The position numbers and the translations under genes were made by a program. From the IMG/VR virus record IMGVR_UViG_3300009073_000004: 64,000 nucleotides of DNA, one strand, 5' to 3'. The stretch comes from a virus. Position 1 is the stretch's first letter, and every line of letters begins with the position of its first letter. Below are positions 1 through 9,831 of the stretch, one piece after another. A model generated the notes under the pieces. The model saw only the letters and a list, made by a program, of their open reading frames with translations. It had not been told where the DNA came from and made no database searches.

Positions 1-1782
1 AGAGTCGAAATCGATACCGACCCAGAGCCAACCCGGAGGTGCTTCGAAGCACTCTTTTATGAGCTTGGCCAACCTGGCTTTATGCTTGGAACTTGCAGAG
101 CTAGGGATGTTTGTCAGGTTCGGTTTGTTGGATGAAAGTCGACCAGAGACTGTGCCGCCGAGATTGAAGTTGCCGAACAGATAGTGCCAACCATCATCTG
201 CTTTCACGGCTCTTTTGAAGGCCGGTAGGAAAGTGCTCAGAATGATGGCTGACGCTTTGTATTCGACCAGATCCGCAAGGAAGCTTCGAGCTTCATCGGG
301 GATGGTTTGCTTCATCAGCTTTTCCAGTGTCTCGGAACCTGTCGCGGGAAGTCCGCTATCGGTGAGATCCAAGACAGGAAGACCAAGAAAATCTTCACCA
401 TAGAGAAACCGCTGAAGCTGGGGACCGCTGTTCACATTGAAGAAAACATCTTTCGGTCTGACATCAGCAGTGGTGATAACTTTCTTTTTGTAGGAAGCAT
501 TCTTTTTGACGACAAACTCATCCTTCATCACATCGACAAAGCTCATGATGAGAGGATTGGCCAAGAGCCTCTTCTCGACGATCCTGGCTTCAGCCTGGAG
601 CATGTTGTCGAGGTCCAAGACCTTCTCCATGTTCATCGGCATACCCGTGAGCTGCATCTGAATCACGTCGAGCACTGCTGGCCGGAACAGATCATGGTAG
701 GGGATCAGCTGGTCATCAGCGATGACTGTGGGCATGTGCTTGTCGTGGACGAACCATGTGCTCAAACCATCAATGAGGTTATACCGGAGGAGCTTCATCA
801 TCGGGATCAGGGTAATGTCATGGATTTCTTCCACGGCATAGTTCCCGGCAAACTCCTGGGCCTGAGCCTTGAGTCCCAGCTCGTTGCCAGCACAAGAGTT
901 GGTGGCGAGGTAGCTGAGGATCTTGGTGCAATCCCAGTTCTTCAGCATCACTTCCATGCCATAGAGCATCCCCTCTTGGTCGAGCAGATGATCCATGAAA
1001 AGCTGATAGATCAGCACATACACATCGTAGCATATGTTATGATAGATCAACTTGTTCTGGAAAGATTCGAAGAACTTTTTCAAAGCTCGCCGGATCCGGT
1101 GATTGGTGATTTGTTGCCCACCGCCTTTACCCTTGCCGATCAGCACAGGGGCGTAATCCACAGGGAAGGCGATGCCCTCATGCTTGCTCCAGCAGAAGGT
1201 AATCGTCCCGATACCAGCATCGTAATGCTTCAGGTCGAAGCCCTCAATGTCCACGGTCAGAGGGACATCCATCTGATACAGTTTCTCGAGCCAAGCGATG
1301 ATGTCATCATCCTTGGTTGGGAAATCTGCATACTTGATGATGTCTTTGCCGACGGCTTTGTTGTCGCCCCGGACCCATGCTCGAACGGCTGTGAAGCACC
1401 TTTCGATCTTTGGTTTGATCTTGTCAGGATCGTAGAAGATCCTCTTGTAGTAGGGACAGTAGGTGACTTCGAAATCCTTGACGACACATGGCAGAATGTC
1501 ACCGATGGTCACATCTGTCTTGGATTGTTTCGTCAGAACTTTGAAATACTCCGGGTGAGTGACAACCAGAAGTTTGATGCCTGCATCGACAAGATGAGGC
1601 AGAAGATCTGACAGGTACTCTTTGATTTCGGCAGCCGGAGTCTTCTTCTTGGTTTGGCTCATGTGGAGGTCACAAACCATGAGAGGAATGTCATCCGCAT
1701 AGTGCTTGGTGACTTCGCCCGTATTGATCACAGGGCAGAGCACTGCGATCTCAGGATCTTTGCCAATGATTTCATATCTCAT
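1..1782 (-). CDS. Family A (Pol I-like) DNA polymerase with 3'-5' exonuclease domain. Only the N-terminal 594 codons are present; the gene continues past the left edge (N4 gp39-type).
   Basis: Hand translation of the minus frame from the ATG at 1782 (MRYEIIGKDPEIAV...) stays open to nt 1. It contains exo motifs TVDIEGFDL and YHNICYDV, then GRLSSNKPNLTNIP, and ends ...WVGIDFDS (start of Pol A motif A). It is missing from the ORF track because its stop is outside the window. The 307..1611(+) ORF is its codon-aligned shadow. Confidence 0.85.
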   Translation of the reverse strand, partial: MRYEIIGKDPEIAVLCPVINTGEVTKHYADDIPLMVCDLHMSQTKKKTPAAEIKEYLSDLLPHLVDAGIKLLVVTHPEYFKVLTKQSKTDVTIGDILPCVVKDFEVTYCPYYKRIFYDPDKIKPKIERCFTAVRAWVRGDNKAVGKDIIKYADFPTKDDDIIAWLEKLYQMDVPLTVDIEGFDLKHYDAGIGTITFCWSKHEGIAFPVDYAPVLIGKGKGGGQQITNHRIRRALKKFFESFQNKLIYHNICYDVYVLIYQLFMDHLLDQEGMLYGMEVMLKNWDCTKILSYLATNSCAGNELGLKAQAQEFAGNYAVEEIHDITLIPMMKLLRYNLIDGLSTWFVHDKHMPTVIADDQLIPYHDLFRPAVLDVIQMQLTGMPMNMEKVLDLDNMLQAEARIVEKRLLANPLIMSFVDVMKDEFVVKKNASYKKKVITTADVRPKDVFFNVNSGPQLQRFLYGEDFLGLPVLDLTDSGLPATGSETLEKLMKQTIPDEARSFLADLVEYKASAIILSTFLPAFKRAVKADDGWHYLFGNFNLGGTVSGRLSSNKPNLTNIPSSASSKHKARLAKLIKECFEAPPGWLWVGIDFDS

Positions 1783-1794
1783 GGTTCATGGTTC

Positions 1795-2151
1795 CTACTT
1801 TTTGATGCCACAGAGATGGCGTAGCATCAGATGGATCTCGTCGAGCATCTCAGCTTGAACAGCTGTGTTCGCCATAGGCAGAACAGCAAGACGAGCGTTG
1901 ATATCACTACCCCCATACCCTTTGAGGTAATGATCTTGGCGTTCGAAGAAAGAAGCAGAAGAAACATCTGACAGATCAAGCTTGTTGTGCTGAGCTTCCA
2001 TATGCCCTCGTGCAAGTGCCGTAGACATAGAGGCTGCAACACCGCCAACGATCCGAGCTTCGAGACGGTTTTCACCGCCTACGACTCGAGAAGTCGATTC
2101 GGCTCCGAGAGAAGTATCTCCCAGAGATTCAGAGACTACTTTCCAGTCCAT
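1795..2151 (-). CDS. hypothetical protein (118 aa)
   Basis: ORF track. Its stop lies 12 nt upstream of the polymerase ATG. No motif recognised. Confidence 0.45.
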   Translation of the reverse strand: MDWKVVSESLGDTSLGAESTSRVVGGENRLEARIVGGVAASMSTALARGHMEAQHNKLDLSDVSSASFFERQDHYLKGYGGSDINARLAVLPMANTAVQAEMLDEIHLMLRHLCGIKK

Positions 2152-2168
2152 ACTTCTTTCTCCTGGTT

Positions 2169-3446
2169 TCAGTTAAAGTAGCGAGGTGGCAGCTCACCGC
2201 GGATCACAACCCTCTTTTTGGGCCGGGACAGGGCAACATACTGAAGCCTTGCGGTGGTCTCTCGCTGGGTGCATTTCCCGATATCTGCAAGATCGACCAC
2301 GACGGAGTCATAGGTCGAACCTTGGGCCTTGTGGACAGTGGAAGCTGCCACGGACCTGAGATCAGGGAACTTGTTTTTGATCCCAAAATACTTATGCCAC
2401 TTCTTATTGTTGGCATAGTATTTCAGAACTTGTTTGCGATCTTCGGAATGCATGAACGTCTCGAACTCATAGGTGAGGCCGTTGTTCACATCTTTCACGG
2501 TGAGAGGAATCACCATGATCTCCTGACCATTGACGATATCTTTCCGAGGAAAGTGAGCACTGGTCTTGACGATCTCAAACATCTGATCGGCGTAGAAAGT
2601 GACCTTCGGCCGGAACTCGCAAGAGGAGTTGTTCGACACGATTTCACCTGTTTCGAAAGTCCGGGTATAGCCTCGGATCTGTCGAACATAGTTGTTGTAG
2701 TTGATGACCTTGTCGTTGGTATAGGCCAGGATCCTCTTGGATGGATCCTCGGCAGTATACTCGGCATCCAGATAGTCTTTGACCCCTCGACCATCCATGA
2801 TGTCGATGACACCCGGCACCTCGACGATAGGCGTGAAGATGCCAGTTTCCACTGTCTTCTTGACCTGCTCGCAGAGAGCCATCAGAGCGGGCTGCTCGGC
2901 GTTGCGAACTGGCTTGGTCAGGTAGGATGCCGAATACCCTCTTCTGAAGATCTGGGACAGCGTCTCTTTCACTGGAGCGAGCTGGTTCTTGTCTCCGACG
3001 AAGAGGATCTTGCAAGTGCCGTTCGTGGCTTTCTCGATGTATTCCATCAGCTGCTTGTTGACCATAGAGCACTCGTCGATGATCAGCAGGATGTTGCCAT
3101 AGACCGTGAAAGCTCCAGTCGGAACACAGCTCGTGCTTCCATCCGAATAGTTTTCAGAAACCCGAAGGTTCAGAAAAGAATAGACGGTCTGGATATTGAA
3201 CTGTCCCTGACAAGCCGCATGAATAACTGCCACAGCTTTGTTTGTGGTAGCAGTGATCTGAACATTGAAGAGAGGTTTGCTGGGTATGCAGTGCTTCAGA
3301 ATATTTTCGGCAACCTTGGAGATAAAGTAAGTTTTACCGACACCTGCACCGCCAGAGATAAAATGGTATTTTCGATCTGAATTGATGAAACTAATTACGT
3401 CGTGAAATGCTTCTTGCTGCATGTGATTTAAGGGCATGGATTCCAT
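2169..3446 (-). CDS. SF1 RecD/Dda-like DNA helicase (425 aa)
   Basis: Walker A GGAGVGKT, Walker B LLIIDECSMV, C-terminal TVHKAQGSTYDSVVV. Start moved to Met182 of the 606-aa track ORF (MESMPLNHM...) because the upstream part overlaps the RNR gene end. Confidence 0.8.
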   Translation of the reverse strand: MESMPLNHMQQEAFHDVISFINSDRKYHFISGGAGVGKTYFISKVAENILKHCIPSKPLFNVQITATTNKAVAVIHAACQGQFNIQTVYSFLNLRVSENYSDGSTSCVPTGAFTVYGNILLIIDECSMVNKQLMEYIEKATNGTCKILFVGDKNQLAPVKETLSQIFRRGYSASYLTKPVRNAEQPALMALCEQVKKTVETGIFTPIVEVPGVIDIMDGRGVKDYLDAEYTAEDPSKRILAYTNDKVINYNNYVRQIRGYTRTFETGEIVSNNSSCEFRPKVTFYADQMFEIVKTSAHFPRKDIVNGQEIMVIPLTVKDVNNGLTYEFETFMHSEDRKQVLKYYANNKKWHKYFGIKNKFPDLRSVAASTVHKAQGSTYDSVVVDLADIGKCTQRETTARLQYVALSRPKKRVVIRGELPPRYFN

Positions 3447-3503
3447 CCTTGGTTTGAGTTTTGAGAGATACCTCGATTCTTTTGTTGGTTTAGAAGAGAT
3501 GCA

Positions 3504-3531
3504 GCTGACCCGACTTTTCAATCGGATCAGC
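3504..3531 (-). other. 10-bp stem hairpin in the nrdJ-helicase spacer
   Basis: GCTGACCCGA-cttttcaa-TCGGATCAGC. It is fully paired in the minus-sense RNA (one G.U pair). A T-run follows only on the plus sense, so its role (attenuator or processing site) is unclear. Confidence 0.3.
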
Positions 3532-3543
3532 TTTTCTTCAAAC

Positions 3544-6500
3544 CTAACTGCAACCAGTGGTCTCGCCACAGGCTCGGCATAAGAGGCAGTTGCCGTTGTG
3601 GACAAGCTCATGGCTCTGGCAATGCTTGCACTGGTCTCCGGCGAACGGAGCAGGCTTGTCAGCAGCTTCAGCACTGCGTTGGGCTGCCGCTTCGAGATCA
3701 AGCTTGCGATTGAGACGAGCCAGGTTGTCGTCTTTCGCTTTCGGATCCCAGACCTGTATCGCCGTGTAATCCCTGTCAGGCCCAGCTTCATCGACACCCA
3801 CGTATCGTTTGACCTGTGCCAGATCATACCGATTGAGATATCGCATCGCCAGATGCTTGAACGCAGCATCCAGGATCGACGAGCACATCTTGATGTTCTC
3901 GTGGCCCTGCACCATGCCTGCCGGTTCGAACTTCGTGTGGACGTAGGCATCCACGTATTCCTCCAGCGGAACTCCATATTGGAGACCAAGAGAAATACTG
4001 ATCGCGAAGTTGTTCAGAAGAGACCCGATCAGGGTTCCTTCTTTATACATCGTGATGAAGATCTCACCGAGCCGACCGTCTGCATATTCACCCGTCCTGA
4101 GATAGAACTTGTGACCTGAGACGATGAGCTTGACCGTGTGGCCATTGCGTTCGTTCGGCAGCCGGACACGCTGGCCCATGGTCATTTCCATGGCTTGAGC
4201 CAGAGCAGCATCGGAAACCGGATCAGGAACTTTATCTTCGAAGATGAATTGATCTTTCTCTTCATCGACTCTGATTTCAGAACCTTTCTCGTTGCTCTCC
4301 ATGTTTTCCATGTTTTCCATCTGAGCCAGCATCGTCATGACTTTCGACGAACTGGACAGAGGCTGAGACAGCTTTGACTTGTCCCGATAGACCGAGAGAG
4401 CTTTCAGACCGATCTTGCGACCGAACAGGAAGATCTCTTTGATCTCGGCAACCGTTGCCGTGGCAGGCAGGTTGACCGTCTTCGAGAGAGAACCAGACAC
4501 GAAAGGCTGACAGACGCTGAGCATCTTCATATGGCCTTCGTAGGAGATCTCATTGGCACAGTGGAACACCGAGATGTGAGACGGATGCAGATCCCCGATA
4601 TCTCCGAGCGGGATACCTTGAAGGATTTGTTCCTGAATCACGTTTCTGGTTTCAGCAGGATAACCGAGATGCTTCAGTGCAGGCTCGACTGCTTGGTTGA
4701 CCAGAGTGACGAATCCACCCCCAGCGAGAGATTTGAACTTCGTGAGAGCGAAGTCCGGTTCGATCCCCATGGTGTCGCAATCCATGACAAGCCCGATAGT
4801 GCCTGTAGGAGCCGCCACAGTGGCCTGTGCGTTCCGCAGGCCATAATCCTGGGCATTGACACAGACACGCTCCCAGATCGCTTCCTGCATGGCTCGTGCG
4901 TCCTGTAGGAACCGACCCCCTGTTCCAGTAGACAGATCATGGTCGAGATCGATCCGTGGAAGAGGGATGCATTCACCTTCGAAGAAGGCTTCAGCTTCAG
5001 AAGCAGCACGGTGCTTGTGCATGACACCGAGGACAGAAGACTTGTTCGCCTCGTATCTCGGGAAGGGTCCGAGGTTTCTCGCCATCTTGGCTCCCTCCAG
5101 ATAGGCGGAGGCAGTCATGATGCTGTAGAGAACACCAGCGACAAACCGGCCTTCATCCGAGTCGTAGGGGATACCCCAACGCATCAGGAGACCGCCGATG
5201 TTCGCATAGCCGAGACCGATGGTCCGATAGTCCCAGGATCCCTGAGCAATGGCTTCAGTAGGGTACTGGGCCATGCCGACGGTGATATCCAGGATCATCG
5301 TCACATGTCGGCAATCTTCGGCATACTTCTCGAGGTCAAAGTTACCGTCTTTATCGGTGTAATTGACCAGATTGAGCGAAGCCAGATTGCAGGCTGTGTC
5401 GTCGAGGAAGATGTATTCCGAGCATGGATTACTTCCTTTGATCCGACCATCGTTTTTGCAGGTGTGCCACTTGTCGATCACGTCAGCATAGTGGATGCCG
5501 GGGTCAGCTGAAGCCCATGCAGCATAGGCCGCCTGATCGAGAAGATCTCGAGCACAGACAGTTTTCACAGCATCACCAGTGGTGCGACTGATCAGATCCC
5601 ACTTCCGATCATATTCGGTGATTCCGTCAGCTGCTTCCAAGAACTGATCCGAGACCCGGATCGTGTTGTTGGCATTCTGGCCGGACACCGTCATGTAGGC
5701 TTCCGATTGCCAATCGGTGCCGATCACATCCACGCTGATATTGATGCCTTGGTCGAGGGCGAGAAGAGCACGCTCGATCAAACCATCCGGGACACCAGCT
5801 TCCTTGGCTGCAAAGACAGTAGCCTGGAACTGAGGTTTCCCGAAGTCTTCCTGCATCTTGTAGAGGTGCTGATGGATCAAGGCTGAGCCAGCAGCGAGAG
5901 ATGCAACCTTGTCTTCTTCTCCGACTTTCCAGTTGATGAAATCTTCGATATCGGGGTGATCGTCATCGAGAGAGACCATCTTGGCTGCTCGTCGAGTGGT
6001 GCCACCAGACTTGATGGAACCGGCTGACACGTCGCCAATCTTGAGGAAGCTCATCAGACCAGAGGACTTGCCTCCACCTGAGAGAGCTTCTCCTTTTCCA
6101 CGGATGTTGGAGAAGTTGGTGCCGGATCCTGAACCGTATTTGAAGAGCCGAGCTTCCTTGGACACGAGGTCCATGATGCCGTTGTCTTTGATCAGGGAAT
6201 CCGAGACGCCTTGGATGAAACATGCCGAGGCTTGGGGCCGGGTATAGGCGTTGACGGACTGGATGATGGTCCCCAGCTCGACGCCGACATCCCCTTTGAG
6301 AGCAGCATGGTAATGACCCTGGGTCGGGCCGGTGATTCCATAGGCCCAGTCGAGACCCGTGTTGAACCATTGAGGAGAGTTCGGTGCGAACTTCTGATTG
6401 AACAGCATGTCCACGGTTTTCTCGTAGAACCTGTGGGCTTCTTCATTGATGATGTGGCCCTGCATCAGACCCCAGTATGCCCATGCTCCGGCGAGCCGGT

Positions 6501-6762
6501 GGAAGACTTGTTTGGCAGATGTTTCTCCGCCGAATGTTGCTTCTGCATGGGGTTTGGAGGGACAGAACTCCGGCAGGATATTCCCTTCGAGCTGTATCTC
6601 CGCCATGTCAGGAACGCCTGACTTTCGGAAGTATTTCTCGACCATGATGTTGCAAGCAACCTGAGACCAGTGCTCTGGAACTTCGACATTGGAATGTCTG
6701 AAGATGACTTCGCCTGCCCCATTCTTGATTTCGCAATCTATGCGTTTGTATTTTCGTTCCAT
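3544..6762 (-). CDS. nrdJ: Class II (adenosylcobalamin-dependent) ribonucleotide reductase (1072 aa)
   Basis: Motifs NPCSEYIFLDDTACNLASLNL, APTGTIGLVMDCDTMGIEPDFAL and GSLSKTVNLP, plus a C-terminal CxxC...CxxC tail (CKHCQSHELVHNGNCLLCRACG). Start set at Met19 (MERKYKRID), which has GAGAGAAAG upstream. Confidence 0.85.
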   Translation of the reverse strand: MERKYKRIDCEIKNGAGEVIFRHSNVEVPEHWSQVACNIMVEKYFRKSGVPDMAEIQLEGNILPEFCPSKPHAEATFGGETSAKQVFHRLAGAWAYWGLMQGHIINEEAHRFYEKTVDMLFNQKFAPNSPQWFNTGLDWAYGITGPTQGHYHAALKGDVGVELGTIIQSVNAYTRPQASACFIQGVSDSLIKDNGIMDLVSKEARLFKYGSGSGTNFSNIRGKGEALSGGGKSSGLMSFLKIGDVSAGSIKSGGTTRRAAKMVSLDDDHPDIEDFINWKVGEEDKVASLAAGSALIHQHLYKMQEDFGKPQFQATVFAAKEAGVPDGLIERALLALDQGINISVDVIGTDWQSEAYMTVSGQNANNTIRVSDQFLEAADGITEYDRKWDLISRTTGDAVKTVCARDLLDQAAYAAWASADPGIHYADVIDKWHTCKNDGRIKGSNPCSEYIFLDDTACNLASLNLVNYTDKDGNFDLEKYAEDCRHVTMILDITVGMAQYPTEAIAQGSWDYRTIGLGYANIGGLLMRWGIPYDSDEGRFVAGVLYSIMTASAYLEGAKMARNLGPFPRYEANKSSVLGVMHKHRAASEAEAFFEGECIPLPRIDLDHDLSTGTGGRFLQDARAMQEAIWERVCVNAQDYGLRNAQATVAAPTGTIGLVMDCDTMGIEPDFALTKFKSLAGGGFVTLVNQAVEPALKHLGYPAETRNVIQEQILQGIPLGDIGDLHPSHISVFHCANEISYEGHMKMLSVCQPFVSGSLSKTVNLPATATVAEIKEIFLFGRKIGLKALSVYRDKSKLSQPLSSSSKVMTMLAQMENMENMESNEKGSEIRVDEEKDQFIFEDKVPDPVSDAALAQAMEMTMGQRVRLPNERNGHTVKLIVSGHKFYLRTGEYADGRLGEIFITMYKEGTLIGSLLNNFAISISLGLQYGVPLEEYVDAYVHTKFEPAGMVQGHENIKMCSSILDAAFKHLAMRYLNRYDLAQVKRYVGVDEAGPDRDYTAIQVWDPKAKDDNLARLNRKLDLEAAAQRSAEAADKPAPFAGDQCKHCQSHELVHNGNCLLCRACGETTGCS

Positions 6763-6860
6763 TTGGGACTTTCTCTCTGTTGGTTGAAGGGAACAGCTGT
6801 GGTTCGAACCGCTCAAGTTACACGATCCGAAACCAAACTGAATGCGTAAATTTGAAGCTA

Positions 6861-7373
6861 TTATTCAGGCTGCCCAATGACTTCGTAGATCCGCTCACGG
6901 ACCTCGTCAAACTCGAGATTGCCAAAGTTGATCACTGGAATACTCTGGCCTTGGGCAATGCGAAGTGCCTGCCCGGTGCCTCCGGTGATTCGCCCTCCGG
7001 GTGTCCAACAGATGATGAGATCCGCTGGGGTCCGGCAGTCTCGACCCATAACCTGATAGGAATTGCGGACCATCATCTTGCTGGCTCCGCTGCTCAGTGC
7101 ATCCCAGTTGGGATGATGCTCGACAGCCATATCATAGGCTCTGAGACTGAGATTGCTCCATCCACTTGGATGGTTGTTGAACCCTTTCCAGGGGAGATAA
7201 ATCTCGCATTGACCATCGTGCTGTCGGCATCCCTCTTCGAATGCTGCATCAGCTCCGTCGGCTGCACCTGATCTCAGGATGTGTCCATGATCAGCCATGT
7301 ACCGACCTATGGACACCATCTTTTCCAGGATATTAGCGGGTGTTTTTCTTGCGCCTATTCCAGCGTAAATCAT
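6861..7373 (-). CDS. DprA/SLOG-like Rossmann-fold protein, function unknown
   Basis: MIYAGIGARKTP...LRSGAADGADAAFEEG resembles the DprA/SLOG nucleotide-binding fold signature (GxGxR..P ... SGgAxGxD). Start chosen at Met14, which has GGAG 8 nt upstream. The product call is tentative. Confidence 0.5.
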   Translation of the reverse strand: MIYAGIGARKTPANILEKMVSIGRYMADHGHILRSGAADGADAAFEEGCRQHDGQCEIYLPWKGFNNHPSGWSNLSLRAYDMAVEHHPNWDALSSGASKMMVRNSYQVMGRDCRTPADLIICWTPGGRITGGTGQALRIAQGQSIPVINFGNLEFDEVRERIYEVIGQPE

Positions 7374-7806
7374 CGAGATTACTCCATCGTTTGACGAAGA
7401 GGTAGACGACATACATAGACAGAATGCTCAAGACGACACTCAGCAGTATGATGACTCTCTCTTTGTTGGTTTCAGTGTAAATAACACCACAAAGAAAGAT
7501 CACCAGACCTGAGATGACGCCTCCAAGAAGATATAGAAGTTCATTGAAAGCATTGGAAATTTTGATAGCTGGCAGGGGCAATGCTTCAGCAATGTGAACA
7601 TCTTCGACAGTCTTGCTTTCGAATTTGTCTTGGTAATTATTCCACACGGCGACTTCTGCATCTCGAGTGCCGTCATCGTTCTCAGGCATGAGCACAGCTT
7701 CAGCCATGGCTTCAGGATTCATATCTGCATCGTGCAGCCGATGATCTTTGAGGATCACGCGATGGCTATCGGTTGGGTCGAAATCAGCGACTTGTTTGAA
7801 AGACAT
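7333..7806 (-). CDS. membrane protein (157 aa, two C-terminal hydrophobic helices)
   Basis: Start at Met43 of the track ORF (MSFKQVADF), with AAAGGA upstream. Hydrophobic segments: LLYLLGGVISGLVIFLCGVIY and VIILLSVVLSILSMYVVYLFV. Confidence 0.55.
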   Translation of the reverse strand: MSFKQVADFDPTDSHRVILKDHRLHDADMNPEAMAEAVLMPENDDGTRDAEVAVWNNYQDKFESKTVEDVHIAEALPLPAIKISNAFNELLYLLGGVISGLVIFLCGVIYTETNKERVIILLSVVLSILSMYVVYLFVKRWSNLDDLRWNRRKKNTR

Positions 7807-7965
7807 AGCGTGTCCTTTTGCTGGCTGGATACTGGTGGAGGCACCGGGTTTCCTAAACACCCGGCTGACGCGGACAAACCTACGCCAGATTATTGAGGAA
7901 ATAAACTGCCCCCTCAGTATCGTCGGATTCAATAGGCCACATCACACATGGCGAGATGACCCCTA

Positions 7966-8631
7966 TCATGGTTTCTTCATATCCCAAAGGATCTGAGGAA
8001 GGTCAGCAATACGAAGGATCCGACGAGGTTTTCTCGCATAGTACCGATTCAACCAGCCAGTTGCCGATGAGGCTTTGGCCTTGATGCCTGTATCAGAATG
8101 ACCTCGCTCGACTGCTCTGGTCAGTCGAACCAAGAGCTGAACAGCATCTTTCTCATCCTGAGTTGCCGGAGCACCATCCTTCAGCTTCTGGATCTGGTCT
8201 CTGGTAATGACCAGAGAAGTTCTGAGGCGCTGCTCAGTTTCCCTGGCTTTTTCCAGTTCTTGTTCCAGGATTGCTGACTTCTCATAGAGAGCGATGTAGC
8301 CATCGGAGATCTGCTCGATCGGGTTGGGGCCGGTCATCGCGATATGCAATGAGTTGGCCACAGCCTCCTCCTGAGACATGCTGGCGTCCCATTCGTAGGG
8401 GTAGAAACCCCCAGACCGAACGACAACTTTATCATCTTCAGAATCTGCATGAACAGAGAGAGGCCAACCTGACCACTTGTCACCAGAATCGTCGATGAAG
8501 GCAGACCAGTCTCCCTTCGTGGTTCGAGGCATGTTTGCCAGGATCCGGGCGAGAGCCTGATAACCCAACGTGATCTTTTCGATCATGCTGGGTTCTGGCC
8601 CTGGATCAGTGCTTGGTGCTGTCGGTTCCAT
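7966..8631 (-). CDS. hypothetical protein with central coiled-coil (alternative start 8586)
   Basis: ORF track. AGGAG lies about 10 nt upstream of 8631. No motif recognised. Confidence 0.5.
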   Translation of the reverse strand: MEPTAPSTDPGPEPSMIEKITLGYQALARILANMPRTTKGDWSAFIDDSGDKWSGWPLSVHADSEDDKVVVRSGGFYPYEWDASMSQEEAVANSLHIAMTGPNPIEQISDGYIALYEKSAILEQELEKARETEQRLRTSLVITRDQIQKLKDGAPATQDEKDAVQLLVRLTRAVERGHSDTGIKAKASSATGWLNRYYARKPRRILRIADLPQILWDMKKP

Positions 8632-8971
8632 CTACATGCCACTCCTGTCCCTCGGGAAGATCTCCGGTCGAGACGACGTTGGGATTTCCGGTTTTCTGCC
8701 GCATGACGTAGGTATGAGCTTCCTGCTGAGTCATGATCCGATAGCCTTGGGGCATGGCGGTCAGACCTTCGGTGAGGATCGACTGCATGCCTTTATCGGT
8801 CGGAAGAGTGAAGACAGGAACTCGGAAATCGGCCATACCAGACTGCTTGGTTTTCACGTTGATCACCATAACCTGAATGGTTACGAGGATCGGGTACTGG
8901 ATAATCGGCTTCTGAGGCTCGACCGTCTCGGCACCATTCATCTCGTTGGTTTTCTTGGTCTCATCAGTCAT
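8606..8971 (-). CDS. hypothetical protein (121 aa)
   Basis: Start at Met28 (MTDETKK). ATGACTGA start/stop overlap with the upstream Lar-like ORF. Confidence 0.55.
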   Translation of the reverse strand: MTDETKKTNEMNGAETVEPQKPIIQYPILVTIQVMVINVKTKQSGMADFRVPVFTLPTDKGMQSILTEGLTAMPQGYRIMTQQEAHTYVMRQKTGNPNVVSTGDLPEGQEWHVDGTDSTKH

Positions 8972-9182
8972 AACGTGTGTTCCATTTCTTGACAGCTTCA
9001 GCGTTGGTGAAAGCCGTGATGCGAGAATGTCCAGAGGGACATTGAATAACACGACTCTGGAAACGATCTCCAGTTTCGCGATGGGTACGGGTCTTTGTCA
9101 AAGACCAGTGTGGAGCCTTGCCACAGAACGGACATCCGTAGAGAGGCGGCTTAGGAGTATCCAGTCCTGAAGCTTCGGTCAT
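8964..9182 (-). CDS. Lar-family (restriction alleviation-like) zinc protein (72 aa)
   Basis: CPFCG near the N-terminus, a second Cys/His cluster (QCPSGH) and C-terminal AEAVKKWNTR, as in the Lar_restr_allev family pattern (CPFCG ... A..WN.R). Confidence 0.55.
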   Translation of the reverse strand: MTEASGLDTPKPPLYGCPFCGKAPHWSLTKTRTHRETGDRFQSRVIQCPSGHSRITAFTNAEAVKKWNTRYD

Positions 9183-9481
9183 TGGTTTTTCTCACTTTCT
9201 AGTTTTCTACGAAGAGCAAAGTTCTCTTCTATAAGTGCAAGAGCCTCATCCCAGAGTTGATCCTCTGGGATGGCATCAGACAGGTCCACACAGAGATTGA
9301 TCGTATCTCCGAAGGAACCATGACGAACAGTCTCGAGCTTATGGACCCGACACATGATACCGGCGATCAGATCACCGCGGTAAATGTGACCATAATGGTC
9401 GGCGGTGAAAGCCCATGTCAGAAACGAAGAGACAAGGGCAGACAGACAGAACCCGGTCCAGAACGCATGCTTGGTTTTCAT
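9179..9481 (-). CDS. signal-anchored small protein (100 aa)
   Basis: N-terminal hydrophobic segment FWTGFCLSALVSSFLTWAF. 4-nt overlaps with both neighbours. Confidence 0.55.
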   Translation of the reverse strand: MKTKHAFWTGFCLSALVSSFLTWAFTADHYGHIYRGDLIAGIMCRVHKLETVRHGSFGDTINLCVDLSDAIPEDQLWDEALALIEENFALRRKLESEKNQ

Positions 9482-9831
9482 CCCTTGAACCTGCGGTCTT
9501 TCTTGGCCCAGTCAGCCAGCTCGGCCTGACGGTTTCCGCCTTGCCAGTTTCGGCGCTCTCCATCGGCATAGGTGGCGCTGGAGACCCCTCGGAGAACTAC
9601 AGGGACGATGAAGCCTTTCTGGAACGTGATGCGGACAGAGAACATCTCTACGGGCGTGAGAGGCACTGTCACCATGAAGGGTCTTCGAAAGGATCCCTGA
9701 CAGGCTCTCTTGCCGAGATAGCGGACGAAGCGGTGGCCGTCTGCCATCGTGACGACAGCGACCATTGATGCTTCTGGAGCATCGACTTCTCCGACAATGA
9801 CAAGATCACCAACTCGAATAAGTTCATTCAT
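9478..9831 (-). CDS. hypothetical protein (117 aa)
   Basis: Start at Met19 (MNELIRVGD), overlapping the upstream stop by 8 nt. Confidence 0.5.
   Translation of the reverse strand: MNELIRVGDLVIVGEVDAPEASMVAVVTMADGHRFVRYLGKRACQGSFRRPFMVTVPLTPVEMFSVRITFQKGFIVPVVLRGVSSATYADGERRNWQGGNRQAELADWAKKDRRFKG

Noticed and set aside
307-1611. 434-aa plus-strand ORF, the only long ORF listed at the left end
   Set aside because: It is His/Asp/Val/Leu-rich with no motifs. It is codon-aligned antisense to a clear family A DNA polymerase frame that runs off the window edge.
2322-3380. 352-aa plus-strand ORF
   Set aside because: Codon-aligned shadow of the helicase gene.
3544-6762. Possible intein or intron in the unusually long (1,072-aa) class II RNR
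   Set aside because: The reading frame is continuous with conserved RNR motifs throughout. I saw no intein splice-junction or homing-endonuclease blocks. The extra length looks like the known long-form NrdJ insert and the C-terminal Zn tail.
6801-6810. GGTTCGAACC, resembling a tRNA T-arm
   Set aside because: It is a simple 10-bp palindrome. I could not build an acceptor stem, an anticodon arm or a 7-nt T-loop with a 5-bp stem around it on either strand.
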